Assembly: GCA_001797335.1 (NCBI GenBank)
Contig: MGPE01000009.1
Coordinates: forward strand, 246-64,245
Direction of reading: 5' to 3'
DNA from: Deltaproteobacteria bacterium GWA2_38_16
GTDB lineage: Bacteria; Bdellovibrionota; JACOXK01; 2-02-FULL-40-11
DNA: 64,000 bases
Part shown: in pieces, positions 43,277 through 53,359 of the stretch
Numbering within the stretch: the first letter of the stretch is position 1
How the letters are laid out: each line of letters starts with the position of its first letter
The notes under the pieces: model-generated
The model's database searches: none
What the model was told of the DNA's origin: nothing
What the model saw: the letters and a program-made list of their open reading frames with translations, nothing else
Position numbers and translations under genes: made by a program

Positions 43277-43365
43277 GACAGGAGATGTCTTCCTAGTATT
43301 TCTGAGGTAAAGCGCAGGCCTTCGGGGCCGAGCCACGAAGAAATACTAGGAAGACATCTCCTGTC
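43277..43365. repeat. 89-bp palindromic element (MITE-like; possible bidirectional terminator)
   Basis: Perfect 27-bp inverted repeat at 43277-43303 / 43339-43365 around a GC-rich core containing GGCCTTCGGGGCC; lies between convergent genes. Confidence 0.8.
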
Positions 43366-43375
43366 CTGATGTTTA

Positions 43376-44200
43376 TTAGTCTTGAATTAAGCTTTCATTA
43401 ATGGTGATTTTGGCGTTCTTTTTGAGTTTAGAAAAAAATCCTTCGTAAATTTCCTTTTGTTTTTGCACACGAATTTGATTCTCAAGCCTTCTCTTATCTG
43501 CACTTTTAAAATCGCGCACCCCGGTGAGTTTAATAATATGATAGCCATATTTGGTTCTCACCAGATCACTCACATCCCCTACTTTTTTAAGCTTAAAAGC
43601 AACTTCAGAAAATTCTGGAACCATACTGTCCCTCGTAAAAAAATCCAAATCTCCTCCATTTTTAGCCGAGGGACCTTCAGAATATTTTTTAGCAAGCTCC
43701 GTAAAATCTTCCCCTTTTTTAATTTTATCCAAAATCTCTTGTGCTTTTTTCTTTATCTCTTCTTCTTTTTTGGCATCGGCATTGGCTTCTAACTTAAATA
43801 AAATATGACTGGCCCGAATTTCTGGACTTTCTTTAAAAGATTTTTTTAAATCTCTATCTGAAATTTTAATTTTATCAAATTGCCCATAGACTTCTTTTTC
43901 TAAAAGATGCTGAGATAAAAGTACTTTATAGTCGTATTTCATTTTTTCTTCATTGGAAACACCTTGCTTCATAGCTTCTTGAGAAGAAACTTCTAAATCA
44001 ATTAGATTTTTTAAAAATTCTTTTTTGGGCATTTTAAATTTAAACCGCTCCACATACCAATTATATCGCTGATTAAATTGCTCAAGCGTAATGGCTTGCC
44101 CATTCACTTCTGCAACTACTTGAGTGGGTTTAGCCGCTTGAGCAGAACTCATCGCCCCTATTAGAAATAATCCCAAAATATAGTGAAATCTATTTTTCAT
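43376..44200 (-). CDS. periplasmic parvulin-type peptidyl-prolyl isomerase (PrsA/PpiC-like)
   Basis: Signal peptide, VAEVNG, ASHIL, FTELAKKYSE, GGDL, MVPEF, GYHII. Confidence 0.93.
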   Translation of the reverse strand: MKNRFHYILGLFLIGAMSSAQAAKPTQVVAEVNGQAITLEQFNQRYNWYVERFKFKMPKKEFLKNLIDLEVSSQEAMKQGVSNEEKMKYDYKVLLSQHLLEKEVYGQFDKIKISDRDLKKSFKESPEIRASHILFKLEANADAKKEEEIKKKAQEILDKIKKGEDFTELAKKYSEGPSAKNGGDLDFFTRDSMVPEFSEVAFKLKKVGDVSDLVRTKYGYHIIKLTGVRDFKSADKRRLENQIRVQKQKEIYEGFFSKLKKNAKITINESLIQD

Positions 44201-45522
44201 GTTTCATGCTCCTTCGACATCAACCTATTAAACCTAAGGCTTAAAAGCAATCCCTTTAGTCCTGTCGATATAGAAATGGCCCACCAAATGGAAGACACAC
44301 CAAAACCACACATATTTACAAAAAAATATGCCAGCGGATATCGCCCCAGAGTGAGGGGAATAGAAATAAGCATATAAGGACGCGTTTTCCCTATTCCATT
44401 AAAAGCCCCTTCAAAAATCATCTCCCATCCTAAAAAAAGTTCTAAAATTCCAATGATTCTTAAATACGAAGCGCCGAACGAGATCACCTGGGGATCATTG
44501 GCGCCAAAACGTACTAAAAATTCTGGAATGAGAAGAAACATCAGGCTTAAAGGAATAATGACCGCGGTAATTAAAAATCGCCCTTCATAAGCAATACGTT
44601 TCACCATTTCAAAATCTCGTCTACCCGTGTTTTGTCCCACTAAGGTTGAAACAGCGGTTGAAAATCCACCTGCAGCAAAATAGGCAAAGCCTTCTACCCG
44701 ATGTGCTACCGTCACTCCAGCTAAAGGCTCCATCCCAAAACGAGTAATAATCGTAGACAGTAGGGGATAAACCATAGACCAAATGACTCGTGCAGAGGCA
44801 GTTGGAATTCCAATACTTAAAATTTTATAAAAATATGTTGTGCTAAACGTAAAAAATGTTTTTAAAGAATCAATATAGTTTTTTCGTCTTAAAAACCAAA
44901 AACGCAAAAAGAGACTTAAAAAGAAACTTAAAACTGTAGCAAAAGAAGCCCCACTCACTCCCCATTTAGGAAAAGGTCCCCACCCAAAAATAAAAAAGGG
45001 ATCTAAAATCGCATTTAAAACCAAGGCCACAGATAAAATTCCCACGGCTGTTTTTGAATCTCCATGGGCATAAAAAATTTGCCCCGTAAGCATAAAAATA
45101 TAAAAAATAGGAAGTCCCAAAATAATGACTTTAAAATAATTATACCCTGCCTGAAAGGCCGAGGGATTAAGCCCCATCCAAAGAAGTAGTGAAGGAGTTA
45201 CACAAAATAAAAGGAGCATTAAAAAAAGTGCAATGAAAAGACTCAACTGAATGGCTTCTCTGGCCACATCAAATGCCATTTTTTGATTTTTAGCCCCAAC
45301 CGCTTGAGAGATAAGACTGCTGCATCCCACATAAGTGACTCCCATAAAGGATCCCAAGGCCCAATCTAAAAATCCAGCAGATGCCACTCCAGCTACCGTA
45401 TCTGTGCCCAAGGAAGAAATCCAAAAAATATCGATAATATCAAATAGTAAAAATCCTAAATTGCCAATAAATACAGGAATAGCAATTCGAATCATTTCTT
45501 TATGTAATTCTTTATTGGTCAT
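44197..45522 (-). CDS. MATE family efflux transporter
   Basis: 12 TM segments, GDSKT, NAILDPFFIFG, GVSGASFAT, VGQNTG. Confidence 0.92.
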   Translation of the reverse strand: MTNKELHKEMIRIAIPVFIGNLGFLLFDIIDIFWISSLGTDTVAGVASAGFLDWALGSFMGVTYVGCSSLISQAVGAKNQKMAFDVAREAIQLSLFIALFLMLLLFCVTPSLLLWMGLNPSAFQAGYNYFKVIILGLPIFYIFMLTGQIFYAHGDSKTAVGILSVALVLNAILDPFFIFGWGPFPKWGVSGASFATVLSFFLSLFLRFWFLRRKNYIDSLKTFFTFSTTYFYKILSIGIPTASARVIWSMVYPLLSTIITRFGMEPLAGVTVAHRVEGFAYFAAGGFSTAVSTLVGQNTGRRDFEMVKRIAYEGRFLITAVIIPLSLMFLLIPEFLVRFGANDPQVISFGASYLRIIGILELFLGWEMIFEGAFNGIGKTRPYMLISIPLTLGRYPLAYFFVNMCGFGVSSIWWAISISTGLKGLLLSLRFNRLMSKEHET

Positions 45523-45525
45523 GGA

Positions 45526-48500
45526 TTAAATAACACTCGTTAAGTTTCTAACGAAGGGCAGAATATGTTTCCAGTCCTCTAGATATGCAACAAATTTATT
45601 ATCCACTTTTAATTGATAGTGCTTTGGATCTTTTTTAATGAAGGTAAGTAAAACTTGAGGATCTAATGGGGTTGTCTCAGAAAATGTTAGCACCGCTTTT
45701 TGATTTCCAAAATCAAGAGCTTTTACATGTAATTTTTTTAAATAAAACTTGATCGCCATCAGTTCAAAGAGATTATATACTTGGGAAGGAAGTTCACCAA
45801 AGCGATCTTTCATTTCTGCTTCAATATCTTGAAGTTCTTCTTCAGATTCCAGAGAGGCCAACTGTCGATAAAAAGAAATTTTATCTCCCATTTCTGAAAT
45901 ATAATCTTGGGGTATATAAGCAGCAATTTTAATATTCATTTCAGGCTCAATAGCTTCTTTGATGTCTTCTCCCTTTAATTCCCGAACGGTTTCTTCTAAA
46001 AGATCCGTATAAAGTTCAAATCCAATAGCTGAAATCATACCGGACTGATCTTTTCCTAAAATATTTCCTCCACCTCTAATTTCTAAATCGTGACTGGCAA
46101 TTTTAAATCCAGATCCCAGTTCCGAGGCTCCTTGAATTACTTGAAGACGTTTCTTGGCATCGTCCGATAATCGCCCTTCTTCCGGAATTAAAAGATACGC
46201 ATAGGCTCGTTCTCGTGAGCGCCCTACTCTGCCTCGAAGTTGATAGAGCTGTGCCAACCCAAAAGTATCGGCTCGATCAATAATAATGGTATTGGCAGAT
46301 GGAATATCAATTCCACTCCCAACAATGGTAGTACAGACTAATACTTGAAATTCTTTATTTAAAAAATCGAGCATGATTTTTTCAATTGATGATTCTTTCA
46401 TTTGCCCATGCGCAAAATGAATTTTGGCCTCCGGGACGAGCTTTTGAAGATGTTTGGTCACACCCGCAATGGTTTCTACCCGATTATGAATAAAAAAGAC
46501 TTGCCCTCCTCGATGAATCTCTTGAAGCAGGGCTTCTCGAATGGTTTCATCATTAAACTGCGTCAAATAGGTTCGAATAGAAAGCCGATCTTGCGGAGGG
46601 GTATTAATAATACTGATATCTCGAATTCCCAATAGTGCCATGTGAAGAGTCCGAGGAATGGGGGTGGCTGAAAGTGTTAAAACATCCAGTGTTTTTTTTA
46701 TTTTTTTAATTTTTTCTTTATGTACCACTCCAAAACGCTGCTCTTCATCGATAATAAGAAGTCCCAAATCAAAAAATTCCACATCAGAAGATAAAAGTCT
46801 GTGGGTTCCAATAATAATATCGACTTCTCCCTTTTTTAATTTTTGAACGGTTTTAAGTTGTTCTTTTTTATTTTTAAATCGGCTTAATGCATCAACCGTC
46901 ACCGGAAATTGTTCCAGGCGCTTCATAAATACACGATGGTGTTGATCTACAAGCAACGTCGTGGGTGCTAAAACAGCTACTTGTTTTTTATCCATCACCG
47001 CTTTAAAAGCCGCTCGGATGGCCACTTCTGTTTTTCCATATCCCACATCGCCACAAATAATTCGATCCATGGGTTTAGAAGAACACATGTCAGAAAGTAC
47101 TTCTTCAATGGCTTTAAACTGATCAGTCGTTTCTTCATACGGAAAGGTGGCTTCTAACTCATGAAAATAAGAATCTGCTGGGCCAAACGAAAAACCATTA
47201 TACGTTTTTCGCGTGGCATAAATATTTAAAAGTTCATGAGCAATTTCTTGAATCCCTTGTTTTACTTTTTTCTTTGTCTTAATCCATTCCTTGCCGCCCA
47301 GTTTATCTAAATTAACTTTATTTTTATCTGCACCCGAATAACGATTAACGACATTAAGCCGATGCACTGGTAAATACAGTTTATCCCCTCCAGCATATTC
47401 AATAACCATGTAATCGCTTTCATGTTCATCAATTTTAAGACGAGTCAACCCTTGGTAAAGCCCAATCCCATGATCCACATGAACCAGGGGATCCCCAACG
47501 ATAAGTTCAGCTAAATTGGTAACAAAGGGGGCTTTTTTAGAAATGGAAATTTTAGGAATTTTCTTTCTCTCTCCAAAAATTTCTTCTTCCGCTATAAACA
47601 TTATTTTTTCTTCTTCAAATCGAAATCCCTTGGAAAGAATTCCAGACACCAACACCACATCGTACATTAAAAAAGATTGATCTTGCTTTGCTTGAGCTAT
47701 GGATTCCATCGAAAACACACTCTTTAATTCAAAAAATCTAAGCCCATAATGCTCCATAAGTTCTCGAAAGCGTTTTCGTTGTACCTGAGTATGTGCCACA
47801 AAGAAGATGGCCCATCCTTCTTGTCTTAAAGATTTTAATTTGACAGCCAAAGGATGAAGAATTTCAAGACTGGTTATTTTAAGACGTTTTAAATCGTGGC
47901 GAATGTCATCATTGTCCTGGGTTTTTAACGCAAGGACCGAAGATTTTCCTTCTAAAAATTCTAAAGGAGAAATATTCCAATACGGTTGAGGTAAAATCTT
48001 CTTCGCCCACTCTTCAGAGGGCACATAAAACTCTGCTACTTTACAAGATATGCGTCCTTGCTCAATGGCCTTTTCATAGTCCAACTGACATTCTTTCTCA
48101 AATTCTTCTAAGTTTTTTTGAATGGCAGTTTTATCAAGATAAACCACATTAAAAGAATCTGAAAAATAATCTAAAAAATGATCTGTTTTTGAGTAGAAAA
48201 AAGGAAGATAGTAATCAACCCCTGGAAAATAAACACGATGTTCTAAATACTCTACAATCTGATCCCGTTTTAGCTTAGCCACTCCCATTTCATCCGCACT
48301 TTGTTTCACTCGATCCATGGCCAACTGTTGAGTGGTTTTGGTATAAATAATTTCTCGAACGGGAATAATAGAAACTTGAGAAACTTCCTCTTCAGATCGC
48401 TGAGAGGAAGCATCAAACAACCGAATGGTTTCAATAATATCGCCTAAAAACTCTAGTCGAAAAGGATTTTGGGTTAAAGGCGGGAAAATATCTACAATTC

Positions 48501-48984
48501 CCCCACGCACTGAAAACGTCCCCCGATCTTCTACGGTTGTTACCCGGCTATACCCACTTTCTATGAGTTTTAAAAACAATTGATCTCGGTTTATTTCTTC
48601 TTCTTTTTTTAAAAAGACCGTTTGCTCCATCAGCATTTCTTGGGGGATTAATCGCTGAGACAAAGCCTCAATCGTGGTCACCACACACATGTCTTTACGT
48701 TGAAGCAATCGATATAAAATTTCTAGCCGGGCAATGACGATATCTGGATGGGGTGAAAAAGTATCAAAGGGATGAGGTTCCCAGGCTGGGAAATAACCCA
48801 CTTCTTCTTTACGCTGCGGAGAAAAAAATAAAAAATCCGCTACAAGTTCTTCAGCCTGTATAGAAGAATTGGCAATGATTAAAAGCGCTTTTTTTCTGTC
48901 ATCCCGAGACGAAGACGAGGGATCTCTTAGAAATTTGGAGAGCCAATAAGATACACTTCCCCCCTTTAATCCACTAACAACCAC
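45526..48984 (-). CDS. mfd: transcription-repair coupling factor (start uncertain)
   Basis: RGGIVDIF, VHVDHGIG, CGDVGYGKTEV, DEEQRFGV, SATPIPRT, QLRGRVGR, DLEIRG, TRCF C-terminus. Confidence 0.98.
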   Translation of the reverse strand: MVVSGLKGGSVSYWLSKFLRDPSSSSRDDRKKALLIIANSSIQAEELVADFLFFSPQRKEEVGYFPAWEPHPFDTFSPHPDIVIARLEILYRLLQRKDMCVVTTIEALSQRLIPQEMLMEQTVFLKKEEEINRDQLFLKLIESGYSRVTTVEDRGTFSVRGGIVDIFPPLTQNPFRLEFLGDIIETIRLFDASSQRSEEEVSQVSIIPVREIIYTKTTQQLAMDRVKQSADEMGVAKLKRDQIVEYLEHRVYFPGVDYYLPFFYSKTDHFLDYFSDSFNVVYLDKTAIQKNLEEFEKECQLDYEKAIEQGRISCKVAEFYVPSEEWAKKILPQPYWNISPLEFLEGKSSVLALKTQDNDDIRHDLKRLKITSLEILHPLAVKLKSLRQEGWAIFFVAHTQVQRKRFRELMEHYGLRFFELKSVFSMESIAQAKQDQSFLMYDVVLVSGILSKGFRFEEEKIMFIAEEEIFGERKKIPKISISKKAPFVTNLAELIVGDPLVHVDHGIGLYQGLTRLKIDEHESDYMVIEYAGGDKLYLPVHRLNVVNRYSGADKNKVNLDKLGGKEWIKTKKKVKQGIQEIAHELLNIYATRKTYNGFSFGPADSYFHELEATFPYEETTDQFKAIEEVLSDMCSSKPMDRIICGDVGYGKTEVAIRAAFKAVMDKKQVAVLAPTTLLVDQHHRVFMKRLEQFPVTVDALSRFKNKKEQLKTVQKLKKGEVDIIIGTHRLLSSDVEFFDLGLLIIDEEQRFGVVHKEKIKKIKKTLDVLTLSATPIPRTLHMALLGIRDISIINTPPQDRLSIRTYLTQFNDETIREALLQEIHRGGQVFFIHNRVETIAGVTKHLQKLVPEAKIHFAHGQMKESSIEKIMLDFLNKEFQVLVCTTIVGSGIDIPSANTIIIDRADTFGLAQLYQLRGRVGRSRERAYAYLLIPEEGRLSDDAKKRLQVIQGASELGSGFKIASHDLEIRGGGNILGKDQSGMISAIGFELYTDLLEETVRELKGEDIKEAIEPEMNIKIAAYIPQDYISEMGDKISFYRQLASLESEEELQDIEAEMKDRFGELPSQVYNLFELMAIKFYLKKLHVKALDFGNQKAVLTFSETTPLDPQVLLTFIKKDPKHYQLKVDNKFVAYLEDWKHILPFVRNLTSVI
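48898..48925 (+). repeat. degenerate REP-like element inside mfd
   Basis: GTCATCCCGAGACGAAGACGAGGGATCT has the same GTCATCCC...GGATCT ends as the other copies; encodes RDPSSSSRDD. Confidence 0.6.
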
Positions 48985-49100
48985 CCCTGCCGTATCTTTT
49001 TTGTTCTCCAGATAAGTTCATTTTTAACAAAATTGGCCGTAGTTATCCAGTTGAAAGTTATTGACTCGGACTCCCCTTCTATCTGATAATGTTTTTTACT

Positions 49101-50141
49101 ATGAAAAAAACACTCTTTATTTTCTCTTTCCTATGGTTTCTTTCCTCTCACCTGTCTTTGGCAGAGGAAGCGACAAAAACCGATGCTTCTTGTGAAGGCA
49201 CTCCTGAAAAGGTAGTCGCCGAAGTCTATGGACGAAAAATCACCGAAGCCGAAGTTCAAAAGGAATTAAGCATTGATCTTTATGAACTTCAAAAAAATAT
49301 TTATAGCCTAAAGAAACGAAAACTCGATGAAATGATCGGCAATATTGTCTTAGAAAAAGAAGCCGCCCGTAAAAAAATCTCTGTCCAAGACCTTCTTGAA
49401 AAAGAAGTTCAACGAAATATTAAAAAAGTATCTGATAAAGATATTGATAAATTTTATAACCAACAAAAAGAATATTTAAAAGGCACCAAAGAACAATACT
49501 CTGAAAGAATTAAAAGTTTTCTGCAAAATGAACGCTATAATGAAGCACTCCAAAAATACTTAGACCGGTTAAAAAATCAAGCCAGAGCTAAAGTATATTT
49601 AGATAAACCCGAACGTCCTAGAATTGCTTTAAATCTTACCCCTGCACCCTTGTATGGAAAAGAAAATGCTAAAGTAAAAATAGTAGAATTTTCTGATTTT
49701 GAATGCCCTTTTTGCAGTGGGTTAGTCAAAACTTTAGATAAAGTGCTCAAAAAATATGGGCATACCGTAAACTTAACTTTTAAAGCCTTCCCTTTGAGTC
49801 GTCATCCCAATGCACCGCTGGCGCATCAGGCTTCTTTGTGTGCACATGACCAAGAAAAGTTTTGGCCTTATCATGATAAACTTTTTGAAAACCAACAGGC
49901 TTTGGATCGTACCAATCTTGAAAAACATGCAGAGTCCCTAAAGCTCGATATGACTAAATTTAAGCAATGCTTAGATAGTGGAGAAAAATTTGCCAAAGTC
50001 CAAAAAGAGATGTTGGAAGCTCAAGAAGCCGGGGTGAGATCCACTCCCACACTTTTTGTAAATGGAAAAATTTTAGTAGGCAATCTCCCTCAAGAAGCCA
50101 TTGAAGAAGTCATTAATGAAGAACTCGCCGCAAAGAAATAA
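49101..50141 (+). CDS. DsbA/Com1-like thioredoxin with SurA-like N-terminal domain
   Basis: Signal peptide, VEFSDFECPFC, KFWPYHDKLF, GVRSTPT. Confidence 0.88.
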   Translation: MKKTLFIFSFLWFLSSHLSLAEEATKTDASCEGTPEKVVAEVYGRKITEAEVQKELSIDLYELQKNIYSLKKRKLDEMIGNIVLEKEAARKKISVQDLLEKEVQRNIKKVSDKDIDKFYNQQKEYLKGTKEQYSERIKSFLQNERYNEALQKYLDRLKNQARAKVYLDKPERPRIALNLTPAPLYGKENAKVKIVEFSDFECPFCSGLVKTLDKVLKKYGHTVNLTFKAFPLSRHPNAPLAHQASLCAHDQEKFWPYHDKLFENQQALDRTNLEKHAESLKLDMTKFKQCLDSGEKFAKVQKEMLEAQEAGVRSTPTLFVNGKILVGNLPQEAIEEVINEELAAKK

Positions 50142-50151
50142 ACACCCCAAC

Positions 50152-50185
50152 CATACTTGACTAGTCTGTCTAGGTATGAGATACT
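50152..50185 (+). promoter_or_regulatory. TA operon promoter/operator
   Basis: TTGACT 50157-62, 17-bp spacer, GATACT; GACTAGTC palindrome within an imperfect CATAC...GTATG inverted repeat. Confidence 0.45.
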
Positions 50186-50191
50186 ACTGTC

Positions 50192-50452
50192 ATGGCCAGA
50201 AATTATTCTATTTATGAAGCTAAAGCACACTTAAGTAAGCTGCTTCGCATTGTAAAGCAGGGGCATACGGTAACCGTATCTGAACGAGGAAAACCGATTG
50301 CAAAAGTTATTCCCATTTCTGAGGGAGAATCTGCTCTCAAGCGACTTAAAAATCTAGAAGAATGTGGCCTACTCATTCGCGCCAAATCCAAAACGTTTCC
50401 TAAGGGGACCAAAGTTTTAGGTGGCCTCGAAAGATTCCTGGAAGATCGATGA
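50192..50452 (+). CDS. Phd/YefM family antitoxin
   Basis: SIYEAKAHLSKLL...TVTVSERGKPIAKV; ATGA overlap with the toxin gene. Confidence 0.92.
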   Translation: MARNYSIYEAKAHLSKLLRIVKQGHTVTVSERGKPIAKVIPISEGESALKRLKNLEECGLLIRAKSKTFPKGTKVLGGLERFLEDR

Positions 50453-50838
50453 ACGTCCTCTATTGTGATAGCTCAGCCATCGTCTGCCTTTTACTCGAAG
50501 AAGAAGCCCATGCTACCTATCGTCAATATCTTAAAAAGGCAGATGAAATTATCAGCTCCAATTTGATTGAGGCTGAAATTCTAGCAGTTGCAACCCGAGA
50601 AAAAATAAATCCATCGAAAGCTTCCCTATTTATTGAACCTATCACCATGATTACACCTGATCGAAGCCTTGCACTGGAGTATCAACAAATTTTTAAAATA
50701 GACTATTGTAGAGGCGCAGATGCTTATCATTTAGCCTGTGCATTATATTTAGATCCTCGCGCCAAAGAACTTCTTTTCTTAACAGCAGATCAACGTCAAA
50801 AAAAAATTGCACATAAGTTGGGTTTTCAAACCATTTAG
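50449..50838 (+). CDS. vapC: VapC/PIN-domain toxin
   Basis: YCDSSA, E, DAYHLACA, LTAD acidic PIN residues. Confidence 0.9.
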   Translation: MNVLYCDSSAIVCLLLEEEAHATYRQYLKKADEIISSNLIEAEILAVATREKINPSKASLFIEPITMITPDRSLALEYQQIFKIDYCRGADAYHLACALYLDPRAKELLFLTADQRQKKIAHKLGFQTI

Positions 50839-51740
50839 TCCGCACGCCTCATTAAATAAGCAAAAATAGCATCGGTTAAATGATAGCGAAAAGAGGATGG
50901 GGTATTGCTAGATGGCGATTCTAAGACCGTATCGGCATGATCGGCATCTATAATTCCCAAATCTGTTCCCACATTTAATAGTTTTTGCCGCTGAACTGTT
51001 ACCATTCCATCATTGTCACCAAAAGTATCTAAATATTTTGCTCCCCAACCAATTCCAATAGACATCCCTACTTTTTGGCTGGTTCGTAAAAAATAAATAG
51101 GGACGGGATGCCTGGCTAAAGCATCAATAACCTCTTTAGAAAAAATTCGATCAGACTCGTACGTGGTTAGGGATTTTAACCCTTCTTCCCCAAAAGGGAA
51201 AAAATTAACCAAAGAATTTTTCTCTTCGGCTCGGGAAGGATCCCCCATAAAAAAATCAGCTATTTCACTTCCAAAAGCAGCTTGAATCGTAAGCACAGCG
51301 GCTATCATCTGAGAAGTTTTTTGAGGTTCATGATACAGCATCTTTAAAACTTCCGGCCCTCCCTTGCTATGAGCCATCATGATGAGTTTTTTATGATGTC
51401 TTTCATAAATTTCTTGGCTTTGTTTGAGAAGAATTCCTGCATTTTCTTCAACAGAATTGCTTGAACTGGGTCTTAAAATATAGACTTCCTCACCGGGAAC
51501 ATATTCTTTTAATCGATCACGATTATCTCCAAAATATCGGCCCATCCAACCGGCTCCTTCATTTAAAAAGCCAGTCACAAATATCCACACATAACGCTGA
51601 CTAATTTCCTTATCTTCTTCCGTAATTTCTAAAGATCCTTTTTGGGCATTTTCATATAATTTTTGAAAGTCAGGCGTTTTTTCTTGTGCCACCAAAGTCA
51701 CACTTAAAAGCAATATAAAAATACACACGAATTTATTCAT
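50835..51740 (-). CDS. secreted alpha/beta-hydrolase (lipase-like)
   Basis: Signal peptide from MNKFV, AHSKG nucleophile elbow, NDGMV, DH. Confidence 0.8.
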   Translation of the reverse strand: MNKFVCIFILLLSVTLVAQEKTPDFQKLYENAQKGSLEITEEDKEISQRYVWIFVTGFLNEGAGWMGRYFGDNRDRLKEYVPGEEVYILRPSSSNSVEENAGILLKQSQEIYERHHKKLIMMAHSKGGPEVLKMLYHEPQKTSQMIAAVLTIQAAFGSEIADFFMGDPSRAEEKNSLVNFFPFGEEGLKSLTTYESDRIFSKEVIDALARHPVPIYFLRTSQKVGMSIGIGWGAKYLDTFGDNDGMVTVQRQKLLNVGTDLGIIDADHADTVLESPSSNTPSSFRYHLTDAIFAYLMRRAD

Positions 51741-51824
51741 CCCGGGCATCTTACTTTTAGTGAACTTCATTGACAACATTTTTTACTTACGTTACATCCG
51801 GAGGAAGAGGCCAAAGAAATACCC

Positions 51825-52256
51825 ATGTATACGCAATTTACAACCATTCTTCTCTTCTTAATCATTGGTGCTTGTATGGTTCCTCTTATTCTTTTGGTAG
51901 GCCGATATCTCCGCCCGGCCAATCCGGATCCTAAAAAACTATCTACCTATGAGTGCGGGGAACTTCCTAAAGGAAACTCTTGGGTTCAATTTAATTTACG
52001 ATTTTATGTGATCGCCATTTTATTTTTGATTTTTGATGTTGAAATTGCCTTTATGTTTCCAGTGGCTGTAACATTTCGTCAATGGGTTACTTCTTCTCAA
52101 GCCAAAGGAGTGCTCATTTTTAGTGAAATTATTCTTTTTATTGCTATTTTACTAATTGGATTTGTCTACGCCTGGACAAAAGGCGATTTTGAATGGATTA
52201 AGGGTTTACAAAAAAAACAAATAGATCCCCGCTTTCGCGGGGATGACTTAAAATGA
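51825..52256 (+). CDS. nuoA: NADH-quinone oxidoreductase subunit A
   Basis: YECGE, FYVIAILFLIFDVE, YAWTKG. Confidence 0.97.
   Translation: MYTQFTTILLFLIIGACMVPLILLVGRYLRPANPDPKKLSTYECGELPKGNSWVQFNLRFYVIAILFLIFDVEIAFMFPVAVTFRQWVTSSQAKGVLIFSEIILFIAILLIGFVYAWTKGDFEWIKGLQKKQIDPRFRGDDLK
52222..52247 (-). repeat. REP-like hairpin within the nuoA 3' end
   Basis: TAGATCCCCGCTTTCGCGGGGATGAC; encodes IDPRFRGDD. Confidence 0.8.
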
Positions 52257-53359
52257 CATCACTTCCTGAATTTTTAAAAGAATTATTTGAATCTTGGCCT
52301 CTCCTAGGAATCTTACCGGTTTGGTTTTATAGTATTGTGGCTATTTTTGGTCTTCTTTTTCTCTTTTTATTTCCCTTTGCCGGAGTGGCTGTTTACGTTG
52401 AACGAAAAATTGCAGGAGATATTCAAGCCCGCATTGGTCCCAATGTGGTTGGCCCCTATGGAATCTTGCAGTGGATTGCCGATGCATTAAAACTTCTTCT
52501 TAAAGAAGATATTATTCCTACCAACGCTGATAAAAAACTTTTTATTCTTTCTCCCATGCTTATTTTTATAAGTGGTGCCTGTGCCTATGCCGTTATTCCT
52601 TTTGCTGATAATGTTATTTTGGCCAATCTCAATATTGGTATCTTTTATCTCCTGGCTATTACCTCTATGGTTACTTTGGGACTTATCTTAGGAGGATGGG
52701 CATCCAATAACAAATGGTCTCTCTTGGGGGGACTTCGAGCCGCTGCCCAGGTAGTTTCTTATGAAATCCCTGTTGCTTTAAGTATTTTAACCGTTGTTTT
52801 GGTCACGGGAACTTTGGACATGGCTCAAATTGTAAAAATGCAAGGCCCTTTTTACTGGAATATTTTTCATAACCCCTTCTTATTTATTTCAGCCTGTATC
52901 TATTATATAGCAGCTCTGGCAGAAGCTAATCGAACCCCTTTTGATATCCCAGAAGCAGATTCGGAACTGGTTTCAGGCTATAATACTGAATATAGTGGCA
53001 TGCGATTTGCCATCTTTTTTCTCATTGAATACGCTGAGTGCTTTATTATTTGTGCGGTTGCAACCACTCTCTTTTTAGGAGGGTGGCATCTTCCCTTTTT
53101 TGATCTTTCCTCCTTAACCTTGGGACTTCGAATTCCTCTTCAAATCATGGTCTTTATGACAAAATCTATTCTACTACTCCTTACGATGATGTGGATTCGT
53201 TGGACATTACCTCGGTATCGGGTGGATCAGCTGATGAAACTTTGTTGGGAAGTGTTTGTTCCCTTTTCTTTTGCCTGTCTTATTGGAACTGCCTTTTGGA
53301 TGGTGCTATTTAAAGGAAAAGGAATTCCTGAACTTATTTTGGGATTATTTGTATCATGA
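52253..53359 (+). CDS. nuoH: NADH-quinone oxidoreductase subunit H
   Basis: ERKIAG.IQ.R.GPN, DALKLLLKE, SYE, RTPFDIPE, EYSGMRF, RWTLPRYRVDQL. Confidence 0.98.
   Translation: MTSLPEFLKELFESWPLLGILPVWFYSIVAIFGLLFLFLFPFAGVAVYVERKIAGDIQARIGPNVVGPYGILQWIADALKLLLKEDIIPTNADKKLFILSPMLIFISGACAYAVIPFADNVILANLNIGIFYLLAITSMVTLGLILGGWASNNKWSLLGGLRAAAQVVSYEIPVALSILTVVLVTGTLDMAQIVKMQGPFYWNIFHNPFLFISACIYYIAALAEANRTPFDIPEADSELVSGYNTEYSGMRFAIFFLIEYAECFIICAVATTLFLGGWHLPFFDLSSLTLGLRIPLQIMVFMTKSILLLLTMMWIRWTLPRYRVDQLMKLCWEVFVPFSFACLIGTAFWMVLFKGKGIPELILGLFVS

Noticed and set aside
48985..49025. Possible frameshifted mfd start (upstream out-of-frame ATG and A-run)
   Set aside because: The GTG start yields an essentially full-length Mfd. 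There is no evidence for programmed frameshifting.
50192..50838. vapBC as a marker of a mobile element
   Set aside because: No integrase, transposase or att-like repeats flank it. Solitary chromosomal TA pairs are common.
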